Below are positions 29,932-39,594 of a stretch of DNA of 64,000 nt, in pieces. The notes under the pieces are model-generated. The model was not told the DNA's origin. It did no database searches and saw only the letters and a program-made list of their open reading frames with translations. The stretch is taken from assembly GCA_965218435.1 (NCBI GenBank), contig CBDCKW010000009.1:3808001-3872000 (forward strand), in the 5' to 3' direction. Position 1 is the stretch's first letter; the number at the start of each line of letters is the position of its first letter. This stretch comes from Truepera sp. Lineage in GTDB: Bacteria > Deinococcota > Deinococci > Deinococcales > Trueperaceae. The position numbers and the translations under genes are program-made.

Positions 29932-32253
29932 ATGAACGCACCGCTCGAGCTTCAAGCTGAAACCGATTTTAGCGGGGTCTATGAGAAGGTTGTCGGGGTG
30001 CTCGAGGAGGGCGTCGCGGTCTTTGACGCTGACGGCCGTCTGCTAACCTGTAACCCGGCTGCTGAGCGGCTGCTCGAGCTCGAGCTGACCCAACTTAAAG
30101 GGCAAAAACTCACCGGCCCCCAGCGGTATCTGGTTGATGAAAACGGCGTAGCCCTTGCTTTTCCCGGTCACCCGGTCTACACGTGTTTTCAAAGTGGCCA
30201 AGCTGAAGCCTTCGTTTTGGGGTTGCACAAGCCGTCCGGCGCTTTTAGCTGGCTGCGGGTCAACGCTCAGCCGCTCGAGCAGGGCGGCGTAGTAACTTAC
30301 GTCGCCGTTTCGTTTACTGACATTACCGAGCAGCGTGAAACTCAGCAGCGGCTGGAGCGCGAAGCCTTTTTTCGCGCGACGCTGATCGAGGTCGTCACCG
30401 AATCGCTCCATCAGGGACTCGACGAACGGTTCTACCAGCGGCTTTTAGAGTGCGCGGTGCGGGCCATTCCTGGCGCACAGGCGGGGAGCTTGCTGCTGCT
30501 CGAGGAGGGATGTTACAAGTTTACGGCGGCTGTGGGGTATGACTTGCCAGCTTTGCAGCAGACCTATTTGCTGCCCGAAGAGATGTATAGGGGAGACGAC
30601 GCTTACAAGCTTGTACTCGCTTACGGTTTTGACAATACCAACGTCGCTGAGGAGCGGCGAAGCGTGATTGACAAGGCCGGACGCGTCCACGACATCAAGG
30701 TCTGTATGTCGATCCCGGTGGTACTTAACGGCCAAGCGGTGGCGTACTTCAGCCTCGACAACTTTCAAACCAGAGACGCGTTTAGCCGTGAGGCAACGGA
30801 GATGGGTCGTATTTTTGCCCAGCAGACGGCCGCCCTGTGGCAGCGGTTTAGGCTCGAGGCCGCGACCGAACGACTCGCCTTTTATGACGTGGTGACGAAT
30901 CTGCCTAACCGCCGTCTTTTTTACGACCGCCTGGCTCAGGCGCTGGCGCAGCGGCGCAAAGGCGAAGCCCTCGCGGTGATGTTTCTAGACCTGGACGACT
31001 TCAAAAACGTCAACGACACCTTTGGTCACGACGCGGGCGACGCACTTTTGCAAGGTATCGCCCAGCGGCTCGCCAGTGTCGTCCGGCACGGCGACACCCT
31101 TGCGCGTTGGGGGGGTGACGAGTTCGTTTTGGTCGTTCAGCTAAGCTGCAAAGAAGATGCCGCCGCTATTGCCGATAAGCTCTTGGAGGTGCTTAAGGAA
31201 CCCTTTTCGGTCACCGGCCGGACGCTCCAAGTAGAAGGTTCTATCGGGATTGACCTGCTCTCTACGCCGCTCAAAAGTGCTGAAGAGCTCGTTAAACACG
31301 CCGACATCGCGCTCTACCACGCGAAGGCGCTGGGCAAAAATAGCTACCAGTTTTTTACGCCCGAGCTGCAGCGGCGTTTGCAAGCGCGGCTCGAGCTCGA
31401 GCACGACCTGCGCGGAGCCCTGCACCGCCACGAATTAACGCTCGACTATCAACCGCGTTTTGACCTTGCGACCGGGGCCGTCACCAGCGCCGAAGCGCTC
31501 GTCCGTTGGCTTCACCCCGAACATGGTCCGGTGTCGCCCACCGAGTTTATCCCGGTAGCCGAAGCGACCGGACTCATCTTGCCGCTAGGTGAACAGGTGC
31601 TCAGCATGGCGGTAGAGCAGGCTAAGGCTTGGCAAGACGCCGGGAGCCCTTGGCGCGTGGCGGTTAATGTCAGCGCCAAACAGCTGGCGTGTTCGGATTT
31701 CGCCGGAAACGTCCAAAAAGAGCTGACCGCTCACGCTTTAGACCCCGACCGTTTAGAGCTCGAGCTTACCGAAAGCGCCGCGGTCAAAGACCTTGACGAG
31801 ACCGCCGCGCAACTCTGCAACCTTAGAAAGCTCGGCGTCCGGGTGGCGCTCGACGATTTTGGCACGGCTTACTCATCGCTGACGCAGCTTAAACGCCTGC
31901 CGCTCGACGTCCTTAAAATTGACCAGGCTTTTGTCCGTGACCTGACAGCTGAGTTTGACGCAGAAAAGTTCAACGAAGATAACTCTGGCGAAGTGAAGCC
32001 CAAGACGTGCGGCGCTGAAATTGTCAAGACCGTGATCGCGTTGGGCCGCAGTTTAGGTCTGGTGGTCGTCGCTGAGGGCGTAGAGACGCGGGCACAGCTC
32101 GAGCTTTTACGGGACCTCGGCTGTCAAGAAATCCAAGGTTATTATCTGGCACGCCCACAACCCGCTGCAGCGTTGGCGGCAACGTTTCAAACACAGAACG
32201 GCAAGCCTAGGTTGGGCTGGAGTGCTGAGCCTAGCAGAACTTCGGGGTCTTAA
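29932..32253 (+). CDS. PAS-GAF-GGDEF-EAL c-di-GMP signalling protein
   Basis: LPNRR, FKNVNDTFGHDAGD, RWGGDEF; AEALVRW, ELTES, DDFGTAYSSL, LKID, EGVET. Confidence 0.93.
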   Translation: MNAPLELQAETDFSGVYEKVVGVLEEGVAVFDADGRLLTCNPAAERLLELELTQLKGQKLTGPQRYLVDENGVALAFPGHPVYTCFQSGQAEAFVLGLHKPSGAFSWLRVNAQPLEQGGVVTYVAVSFTDITEQRETQQRLEREAFFRATLIEVVTESLHQGLDERFYQRLLECAVRAIPGAQAGSLLLLEEGCYKFTAAVGYDLPALQQTYLLPEEMYRGDDAYKLVLAYGFDNTNVAEERRSVIDKAGRVHDIKVCMSIPVVLNGQAVAYFSLDNFQTRDAFSREATEMGRIFAQQTAALWQRFRLEAATERLAFYDVVTNLPNRRLFYDRLAQALAQRRKGEALAVMFLDLDDFKNVNDTFGHDAGDALLQGIAQRLASVVRHGDTLARWGGDEFVLVVQLSCKEDAAAIADKLLEVLKEPFSVTGRTLQVEGSIGIDLLSTPLKSAEELVKHADIALYHAKALGKNSYQFFTPELQRRLQARLELEHDLRGALHRHELTLDYQPRFDLATGAVTSAEALVRWLHPEHGPVSPTEFIPVAEATGLILPLGEQVLSMAVEQAKAWQDAGSPWRVAVNVSAKQLACSDFAGNVQKELTAHALDPDRLELELTESAAVKDLDETAAQLCNLRKLGVRVALDDFGTAYSSLTQLKRLPLDVLKIDQAFVRDLTAEFDAEKFNEDNSGEVKPKTCGAEIVKTVIALGRSLGLVVVAEGVETRAQLELLRDLGCQEIQGYYLARPQPAAALAATFQTQNGKPRLGWSAEPSRTSGS

Positions 32254-32324
32254 AGCGCGTTTCAGGCAGTGCGCCTTAAGTAGACCCGCTAAAGTCGGTT
32301 TTTTATTGGTTACTTCTTGGCTAG

Positions 32325-33302
32325 TTACTTCTTAGCCGGTTGCTTCGGCTCACCCCCGGGCTTGACTTCTAAAACTATTTTGGCGAGTTCGTCAACCGTG
32401 GTGTCTACATAGCTGGTCCCGTCGGGTAGGCGCTGATCAGCGTCAAAATAGCCACCGCTGCCAGTGTGTTTCATCGGCCCGATCAGCTTAAAAGACAACT
32501 TGCCTTTGGCTTTGGCCCGGTTCCACACGGAGTTTTTGAACACCGGCCAGCGTCCGGGAAAGGCGAGCGTGCCGATACGTTGAGCGTGGTCATGTTGGCC
32601 GTAAAGGTGATAAAGATGCGTAACGCTTTTAAGCCCTGAATCTGAACACATCACCCCACCTAGCGAGATGACGTATAGGGGCGCTTTTAAGACGCTCTGA
32701 ACGAGAGACGCCGCGCCGACGGCAATCTGACCGCCGCCGCTATAGCCCAAGATCGTCACCGGCACGCCGCTCCCTAACGGGTAACCGCTCCGTGCCAAAC
32801 CCGCCAAGATTAGTTCGGCGCTGCCTTCGTTATACATCGGGCCGTAACGCCTGTCTGCAGAAACCACGACCTGCCAGAGGTTACGCACGTTGATTAAAAA
32901 GCCGACGAGCTTTCGACCGGCAATTTTACGGGCTAGAATCCAGCGCCAGATACGGGCAAACGTCCGCTGGCCGGTGAGTGCCCGGTTGGTGACCGAATAG
33001 GGAAAGAGTTCAACCAGCTCGGTGCCCGGTAGCCGAGTACGAAAGCGTCTTAAAAACGTCACTTCGTTGGGGCGGTAGCTCTCTCCTGAAACGCTGTCAA
33101 TGCCGGGTAGAAAAATGAGATAATGCTGCGCCGGGTTTTCTGCAGTTTCCGGGAGATTTTGTGCGTCTGTCAGCATTTGCTTTTGCGGGGCGACGCCAAA
33201 CCACCCCGCCCACCAGCCGAGCGTCTCAAGCGGGGCCAGTGCGCCGCTTAACAGCAGTAAAAATAAGAGCACGCCGAGTGCGCCAAAGAGGTCGGCGGTC
33301 AT
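32325..33302 (-). CDS. Membrane-anchored alpha/beta-hydrolase-like hypothetical protein
   Basis: Start MTADLFG at 33302 (ATGA overlap with upstream gene); N-terminal TM, APLETLGWWAGW, GYSGGG elbow. Confidence 0.7.
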   Translation of the reverse strand: MTADLFGALGVLLFLLLLSGALAPLETLGWWAGWFGVAPQKQMLTDAQNLPETAENPAQHYLIFLPGIDSVSGESYRPNEVTFLRRFRTRLPGTELVELFPYSVTNRALTGQRTFARIWRWILARKIAGRKLVGFLINVRNLWQVVVSADRRYGPMYNEGSAELILAGLARSGYPLGSGVPVTILGYSGGGQIAVGAASLVQSVLKAPLYVISLGGVMCSDSGLKSVTHLYHLYGQHDHAQRIGTLAFPGRWPVFKNSVWNRAKAKGKLSFKLIGPMKHTGSGGYFDADQRLPDGTSYVDTTVDELAKIVLEVKPGGEPKQPAKK

Positions 33303-33943
33303 GAAGACTGCCGAGCTTGGGCTTCTTCCTCGACACGCGCCGCTTCTGCGCGAAAAAGCTGCTCGAGCCCTTCCCGATCCGTAACTAGGGGTCCGCCGGC
33401 AACGTGTGTCCGGAGCCACCGCGTCGCGCCGGCAACGGGCCAGCCGATACCTCGGCGCAAAAGCTGCCACAGCACCCAACCCAGCGCCAAGCAGAGCAAG
33501 GCTTGGGTCAGACTCAGCGCGGAAACCGCGTAGATGCCGGTCATCATAATGGCCAGGCTCCAGAGAGCCAAACACAGCGCGATAAAGCCGCCCGCATACG
33601 GTACCAGGATAAACGCGCCGAAAAGGTGCGGCGAAAAGCTCCACATCGCCAGCAGCAAGACCTGCGGCACACTCAGCTGCTGCTTAAAAATCCCATCGGC
33701 CAACCACACGACGCTAAAGGTAAAGAGCAAAATACCGACCGGATAACTCAGCGCCGTCAGCACGATGCTTAGGGCAAAACGCCTTGGTCTAACGCGGTTG
33801 GCAAAGAGCACTACACTCTGACCGAGGGCTTCTGCTAAACCGCCGGCAAAAACGATCAGTACGCCGACGAGCCAGCTGTTAGGGGCGCTGCTCAGCGCGC
33901 GCAGCGCGCCTGGCTGTAAGCTGAGCACCTCAGCGAGCATCAT
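33299..33943 (-). CDS. YIP1-like multi-pass membrane protein
   Basis: About 5-6 TM segments; EALGQSVVLFANRVRP, FILVPYAG; translationally coupled to the downstream gene. Confidence 0.7.
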   Translation of the reverse strand: MMLAEVLSLQPGALRALSSAPNSWLVGVLIVFAGGLAEALGQSVVLFANRVRPRRFALSIVLTALSYPVGILLFTFSVVWLADGIFKQQLSVPQVLLLAMWSFSPHLFGAFILVPYAGGFIALCLALWSLAIMMTGIYAVSALSLTQALLCLALGWVLWQLLRRGIGWPVAGATRWLRTHVAGGPLVTDREGLEQLFRAEAARVEEEAQARQSS

Positions 33944-34241
33944 GGGCGAAGTGTCTGGGTAGCTGACATGGGCTATATTATGGACCCGTGGGCTGATTTT
34001 TGCCAGAGAGCCGGACGGGTTGCGCTTCAGCCCGGTCTTTGCAAAGAGCTGTAAGTTATGACTGCCTAGTGACTGTCTGCTAAACAACCCCAAACCACGC
34101 GCGTCCGCACGTTCTCCAGACCGAGCTGTAGACGCTGAGGCGCTCGAGTGGGTGACGCCTCAGCGTTCGCTCTTTGGGGGCCGTGGCAGCTTATCCCGGC
34201 AGCCTGCTTGTCTGCTTGCTTCTTGCGTTAACAAAACCCGG

Positions 34242-34976
34242 CTACTCGCTGGGTTCTTCTCTAAAAACGGCCTGAGAACGAAAGTTCAGTTGTAAGGAGT
34301 GCAGGGTATAGTAAACCGGGTAGACGAGCGACACATAAATGAGCCTTGTTCTTAGCGCACTCGGCTCGAGCAAAAGTGCGGCCAAACAGAGCAGACTCCA
34401 GATTGATCCTAAGACGACGTGCAGGGTACGCCCGCGCGGAAGACGGCTGATATATAAAAACCGTACCGGGACAAAGACGAGGAGCGCCAACCCTAAAACC
34501 AGCAGGGTGTTAAGTAAAAGCGGCGTCTGCAGCATGTAGAGGTAAAAGACGACGATCCCCCAGTACGACGGAAAGCCGACAAAAAAGCCTTCGTCGGCGA
34601 GTTTGGCGGTGGTACGGGAGAAACCGAAGGCGCTCGAGAACATCGCAAATGCAGCAATCAAAACCGCCGGCGGCGCTAGCAGCTTAGCCTGTAAAAGGAG
34701 CAGCATCGGCAACACGACGTAACTCGTAAAGTCAATGATGTTGTCGAGTAGGCCCCCATCTATGGCGGCGGCGGTCTCTTTAACGCGGTATTTGCGGGCG
34801 AGCGCGCCGTCGGTCGCGTCAATCACCATCGTGACGGCAATCGCGCCGAGCGCCCAGCGAAACGACCCCTCTAAAATCCACTCTACGGCGAGCGCCACGA
34901 AAAAAAGCGTCGAGGCAGTGTAGATGTGAACGAGGTAGCCCTGAACGGTCTCTTGAACGGCGTCACGACGCGGCAT
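34242..34976 (-). CDS. CDP-alcohol phosphatidyltransferase, phosphatidylcholine synthase (Pcs)-like
   Basis: VHIYTAS, DATDGALAR...DGGLLDNIIDF, FFVGFPSYW. Confidence 0.8.
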   Translation of the reverse strand: MPRRDAVQETVQGYLVHIYTASTLFFVALAVEWILEGSFRWALGAIAVTMVIDATDGALARKYRVKETAAAIDGGLLDNIIDFTSYVVLPMLLLLQAKLLAPPAVLIAAFAMFSSAFGFSRTTAKLADEGFFVGFPSYWGIVVFYLYMLQTPLLLNTLLVLGLALLVFVPVRFLYISRLPRGRTLHVVLGSIWSLLCLAALLLEPSALRTRLIYVSLVYPVYYTLHSLQLNFRSQAVFREEPSE

Positions 34977-35179
34977 TGCTCTGAGCGTAACACGTCCCTT
35001 ATCAAAGCTCGGTACGGGTTGACGAAGTTAGGTGAACTGAGCGTGTGCGGGAAGCTTAGAAGGGAGAATTGAGAGTACAGAACGCCTTTATTCTCCCTCC
35101 TGTTTTCTACTTTCTTTCAAGCTGCGTAACCGACGCTGGGTACCTCTTTATCTACTTTCTAATTTGTCAAACTCTAAGC

Positions 35180-35341
35180 CTAATCTTTGAACCGCCTCGA
35201 GACGCTCATCAACCCGCTACCCGCTAAGACAACGACCCCGACGACGATCCAGGGCGTCGGGACGCCGAGCAAGTCTGCTCCGAGCGCGAGACCTAAAATC
35301 AGCAAGCAGTAACCCAGCAGGTAAAGGAGCGTTCGGGACAC
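35180..35341 (-). CDS. Small two-TM membrane protein (53 aa)
   Basis: Translated by hand: MSRTLLYLLGYCLLILGLALGADLLGVPTPWIVVGVVVLAGSGLMSVSRRFKD; TAGAGT 5 nt before GTG. Confidence 0.6.
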   Translation of the reverse strand: MSRTLLYLLGYCLLILGLALGADLLGVPTPWIVVGVVVLAGSGLMSVSRRFKD

Positions 35342-35478
35342 CCTTTACTCTACGGCATAAAGCAGTTTTGGAACTAAATGTTCAGTACGCTTTTCCTTAA
35401 AGTTGCTTAACGTTTTCACCAAAGGTACGCCCCAGCTACCTCAACCGGGCGCAGCCGGAATGCTAAGATAAGCTCACC

Positions 35479-36333
35479 TTGATCGCCGTCATCGCCGACA
35501 TCCACGCTAACTTGCAGGCGCTCGAGGCCGTCATTGCAGACATCCGTGAGGTCGGCGCAACCGAAATCGTCGTCAACGGCGATTTGGTCAACCGTGGCCC
35601 GAATAATGCGGGGGTCGTTGAGCGCATCTTTAACCTGGAGAACGTCAGCGCCGTTACACTGGGCAACCACGACGACCTGATGTGCAAATGGGTGGACCAT
35701 GACCCCGACATCCCTGCGTACTGGTTTGAAGACGCGTTTTGGGACGGGATGGCGTGGCCCGCGCAGCAACTCGCGGAGACGGGACAGTTGGGGCGGCTCC
35801 GGGGTCTACCGATGACCTATCTGGACGACCGACCCGGCAAGCTGAGCATTCTCTTTTCGCACGGGTCGCCGCGCCACTACCGCCAAGGCTACGCGAGTTA
35901 CCTTGAAGACAACGTTTTGGCCGACATTTTAGCGCACTACCCGGCTGACATCCTCGTTGGCTCGCACACGCACCGCCCTTACGAATACCGCTACGGTGAA
36001 CACCTCGTCTTAAATACCGGCGCGGTCGGTACCCCCTTTAACGGCGACCCACGGGCACAGTACCTGCTCTTGCGAGAGGGTGAAAACGGTTGGCACCCCG
36101 AATTTAGAGCTGTCCCTTACGACCGCACCGCGGCACTCAGCGCGTTTGAAACGTCCGGGTATCTGGCAGAGGGCGGCCTCAGTGCCCGTATCTTTTACGA
36201 AGAGCTGCGGCTAGCAAGGCCCCTCTATATGGGTTTTTGGGATTGGACGGAGGCGCAGGGCCGCCCCAAAGACTGGGAGAGTTGGGACGCGTTTAAGGGG
36301 CACTACGCTAGGCGGTTTCAAGCGGCCGTTTAG
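35479..36333 (+). CDS. Metallophosphoesterase family protein
   Basis: DIHAN, GDLVNRGP, GNHD, HGSP, SHTH, NTGAVG. Confidence 0.9.
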   Translation: MIAVIADIHANLQALEAVIADIREVGATEIVVNGDLVNRGPNNAGVVERIFNLENVSAVTLGNHDDLMCKWVDHDPDIPAYWFEDAFWDGMAWPAQQLAETGQLGRLRGLPMTYLDDRPGKLSILFSHGSPRHYRQGYASYLEDNVLADILAHYPADILVGSHTHRPYEYRYGEHLVLNTGAVGTPFNGDPRAQYLLLREGENGWHPEFRAVPYDRTAALSAFETSGYLAEGGLSARIFYEELRLARPLYMGFWDWTEAQGRPKDWESWDAFKGHYARRFQAAV

Positions 36334-36509
36334 GTTTGTCGGCACTGCAAACTCAGCTGGAGAAGTTTGTTACGAGCCAAAGGGGAGCATACAGAAGTCG
36401 GCATTCGTCGCTGCTTTGATCGAGCTCACGGCACTTCTCACACACTCAGCGCGTGATGACGGCTGTAAATGACAGCAGTAAATATCAGTACGTCCCAACG
36501 TGATGACTA

Positions 36510-36620
36510 GACCTCTTGCAAAAGTACCGCTTCATTGACCGGGTGAATTTTCCCGTACTTGTTCCACTCGGTAAAAGTGGGAGATAAGAATTCGCCCATC
36601 TCCCACTTTTGCAAGAGGTC
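36510..36620. mobile_element. MITE / non-autonomous IS derivative (111 bp)
   Basis: Perfect 16-bp terminal inverted repeats GACCTCTTGCAAAAGT / ACTTTTGCAAGAGGTC with TA on both flanks; no transposase. Confidence 0.8.
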
Positions 36621-36738
36621 TACTAAACCGTGCCTGAATTACGCTAGACTGAGCTAGCCACTGGTCGGCCTTTTACTCGAGCCCCAAACCCACATAATGA
36701 ACTGGTTTATATTGGCTCGAGCCCCACCCAGGAGACTT

Positions 36739-37212
36739 ATGCCTAACATCTCTACCGCTGACCTCGTTCAAGAAATCTTGTACCTACTTACCGAAACCTT
36801 CCAAAGCCCTGTCAAAGACGGCAATGCTTACCTCGACAAGGGTACGGGCATCTTTATGACGCTTAGTACCGTCAGTGCCGAGAACGCCTCAAAACCTGCC
36901 TTTCCCGGCGCGACTACCCTGGCCGCGCAAACTGAACACCTACGTTTTTACCTGGTTGCCTTAGAAGGTTTTATCACCGGAGCGCACACAAGCGTTGATT
37001 GGGACGAGAGCTGGAAGTTAAAAACTGTTACGCCGGAAGAATGGGATACACTTAGAGCCGACCTGCACCAAACTTACCGACATACCGCTGACCTGATTCG
37101 TGGGTTTGACCGTTGGGACGAAGACGAACTCGGGGGTGCGCTCGCTATTTTGGCGCACAGCGCCTACCACCTGGGCGCTGTGCGTCAGCTCGTCAAAGCC
37201 TTGGGCAGGTGA
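36739..37212 (+). CDS. DinB-superfamily protein
   Basis: AGGAG RBS; TLAAQTEHL, DWDESW, LAHSAYHLGAVRQ. Confidence 0.8.
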   Translation: MPNISTADLVQEILYLLTETFQSPVKDGNAYLDKGTGIFMTLSTVSAENASKPAFPGATTLAAQTEHLRFYLVALEGFITGAHTSVDWDESWKLKTVTPEEWDTLRADLHQTYRHTADLIRGFDRWDEDELGGALAILAHSAYHLGAVRQLVKALGR

Positions 37213-37220
37213 GATAAAAA

Positions 37221-37251
37221 TAAGCGCCGGACGGTTTAGCTCCGGCGCTTA
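37221..37251. terminator. Bidirectional terminator-like hairpin
   Basis: taagcgccgga / tccggcgctta between convergent genes; A-run on the left. Confidence 0.7.
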
Positions 37252-37270
37252 CATAACTGTAGATTCTGGC

Positions 37271-37507
37271 TTAGACGCCTGCTAAATCGTAATTTTTCTG
37301 GATAAACGACTCCCACTCGCTCGGCACATCTTCTTCCGGGAAAATTGCGTTGACCGGACACGCCGGGACGCACGCGCCGCAGTCAATACACTCGTCGGGA
37401 TGGATGTAGAGCTGGTCGTCGGCTTCGTAGATGCACTCGACCGGGCACACGTCTACGCACGACTGGTCTTTAACGCCGATACACGGCTCGGTAATAATAT
37501 GGGGCAC
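37271..37507 (-). CDS. 7Fe-type ferredoxin
   Basis: GTG 37507 with AGGAGG RBS; CIGVKDQSCVDVCPVEC...CIDCGACVPACP. Confidence 0.93.
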   Translation of the reverse strand: MPHIITEPCIGVKDQSCVDVCPVECIYEADDQLYIHPDECIDCGACVPACPVNAIFPEEDVPSEWESFIQKNYDLAGV

Positions 37508-37641
37508 GCTGCTCCTCCTGGGTGTTACTGGTTTAGGCAGCACGAGCGCCGAAAGCGCCGCTGCGGTAGAGTTCAAGGTCGCTGCTGAGTTGCTGGTTAC
37601 CGGTGTGAGCCGGAGTTGGTCTGATACGTGGTTGACCGGCT

Positions 37642-38103
37642 TCAGGCGGCGGCGGGCTCTGCGCCCACTCCTTTATTATGCGGGGTTGCCCCACTCCGCG
37701 CAACCCCCACCAGCACGATGGTAATCAGGGTGAACGCGGTCAGCGCGAGGAGCGGAATGGTGATAAACCCGAGCCAGTTGATGTACTCCTGTGAGCAAGG
37801 AACCCCTGAGCGGCAGATACTCGGCGCACGAAATCCCGGTACTTTTTGCTCGAGATAATGAAACGTCGAAACGCCCATCCCTAAAACGGATAACGGTAAC
37901 GCGTAGCGGACGATACCCTGGTCCTGCCGGTACGAAGCGATACCTAACAAAAGCACGAGCGGGTACATCAGCACGCGCTGATACCAGCAAAGGGCGCACG
38001 GGATAAAAAACCGTACCTCGCTAAAGTATAAGCTCCCGGCGGTGGCGATGATGGCGACGAGCCACGCGGCGTAGAGGCCGAAACCGCGAAAAAAGCCCTT
38101 CAC
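37642..38103 (-). CDS. Disulfide bond formation protein B (DsbB/BdbC)
   Basis: GSLYFSE, PCALCWYQR, second Cys pair, GFITIP. Confidence 0.92.
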   Translation of the reverse strand: MKGFFRGFGLYAAWLVAIIATAGSLYFSEVRFFIPCALCWYQRVLMYPLVLLLGIASYRQDQGIVRYALPLSVLGMGVSTFHYLEQKVPGFRAPSICRSGVPCSQEYINWLGFITIPLLALTAFTLITIVLVGVARSGATPHNKGVGAEPAAA

Positions 38104-38106
38104 GGT

Positions 38107-38781
38107 CTAGTTCGCCGCGGCGTTTTCGACAGCCGTCTGGATGGCGTCAAACTGAAAGTCCTCGAGCCGTGTGCCATTTACAAAAATTGAGGGCGTCCCC
38201 TGAACTCCGGCAGCGTCGCCCATGGCACGGTCGGCCGCGACCTGCTCGGCGTAGGTTTTATCGGCAGTGCAGCTCTGCAGCGCGTCGGCGTTAACGTCGG
38301 GCAAGTTGTCACGGGCAACCCCGGCTAAAAAGGCGGGCGTCGCCCATTCTTCGCTTTCAGGACCTTGCGAGCGGAACAAGTAGGTTTTATAATCCCAAAA
38401 AGCTTGTGGACTTTGGTCAAAGACGCATTCGCCCGCGAGCGCCGCCGTCGTCGAATCAGGGCCGATAAAAGGATAATTGATGAAGTAAAAGCGCACCTGT
38501 CCCGTATCAACGAGGTTGCGTTTGACCTCGGGAAAGACGTTCTCGTCGAAAAAGCGGCAAGTAGGACACTTGAAATCTTCAAACGCTACGATTTCAACCG
38601 GAGCGTCCGCTTGGCCGAGCATCGGCTGACCCTCAACGTTGATCTCGCTACTGACAGTCGTCGCCGTGCGCGTCGGCGCAACTTGGCGGTAGACGATAAA
38701 ACCGACTAAAGCGAGCGCCAAAACGATCAGGGTCACGAGCGTCAGCTGCTGCGCGGTGCGGGTGGTACGTGGAGTAGACAT
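38107..38781 (-). CDS. DsbA/BdbD-family thiol-disulfide oxidoreductase
   Basis: N-terminal TM; FEDFKCPTC, GVQGTPSIFVNG. Confidence 0.92.
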   Translation of the reverse strand: MSTPRTTRTAQQLTLVTLIVLALALVGFIVYRQVAPTRTATTVSSEINVEGQPMLGQADAPVEIVAFEDFKCPTCRFFDENVFPEVKRNLVDTGQVRFYFINYPFIGPDSTTAALAGECVFDQSPQAFWDYKTYLFRSQGPESEEWATPAFLAGVARDNLPDVNADALQSCTADKTYAEQVAADRAMGDAAGVQGTPSIFVNGTRLEDFQFDAIQTAVENAAAN

Positions 38782-39111
38782 ATCTTTAAGTATAAAGGCT
38801 ATGGATGAAAGCGGTGTGCCCTTTTTGGCCGGATTCCAGGTTCTGCTGACACTTCAAAACCAGCTGGAGGCGTTTGCAGTGCATCCTGTAGAAGTAAGAA
38901 TCCAGAGTAAAGAATTGAGAAGTTGCTGGCCCGACCGAAAGAACAGTGTTTCTCACGTGCTTAAGGTGTGATGGCCCAAGCAAATATCAGCACGACACAG
39001 TCGGCCGGGGGCTGAAGGTCGTTCAGACGAAGCTGGAATTAAGAAGTCAGAATCCAGAATGTAAAAACTTTTGGCAACACGCTCGAGCCGTCTCCCAGTT
39101 CTGCTAAACCT

Positions 39112-39336
39112 CTAGCGGGCAGTCTGCGTGTTGAGCGACGCGGTGTAGCCTTCTTCTTCGACCGCGTACAGCATCGTCTGAACGTCGGCGGCTCCCTCGA
39201 CCGTCGCTTGACCGGCAGCGAGGTCAACTTCGGCTTTATCAACGCCGGGGGTACGCTCGAGCGCCCCCTGAACCACCTTGACGCAGTGGTCACAGGTCAT
39301 GCCTTCGATGTTAAGTTTCGTTTGGTAGGTTGCCAT
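39112..39336 (-). CDS. copZ: Copper chaperone / HMA domain protein
   Basis: IEGMTCDHCV...VEEEGY; AAGGAG RBS. Confidence 0.88.
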   Translation of the reverse strand: MATYQTKLNIEGMTCDHCVKVVQGALERTPGVDKAEVDLAAGQATVEGAADVQTMLYAVEEEGYTASLNTQTAR

Positions 39337-39594
39337 AGTCGAGTCTCCTTTTTACGTTAGTTTAGCATTTCCATGAGAGGTTGCCACAAGTATCATCGCA
39401 GAATGTACGTGCTGGTCAGCTGAAATTAGATTGAGAGCGTTGCCGACCAGATGATACCTGCTAGTTTTACAGCTGCAGCGCGTTGCAAGGAAGAAGTTAG
39501 GATACAGCATTCAGAATCTGTCAGCTTACCAGAGAAAGAGAGCAGACTTTCACGCGCTTGAAACATAAAGGTAAAAAGCTTTAGCATAACCCAG

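Noticed and set aside
33303..33644. N-terminal extension of the 439-aa track ORF
   Set aside because: Overlaps the YIP1-like gene in another frame; the ATGA-coupled start at 33302 is more plausible.
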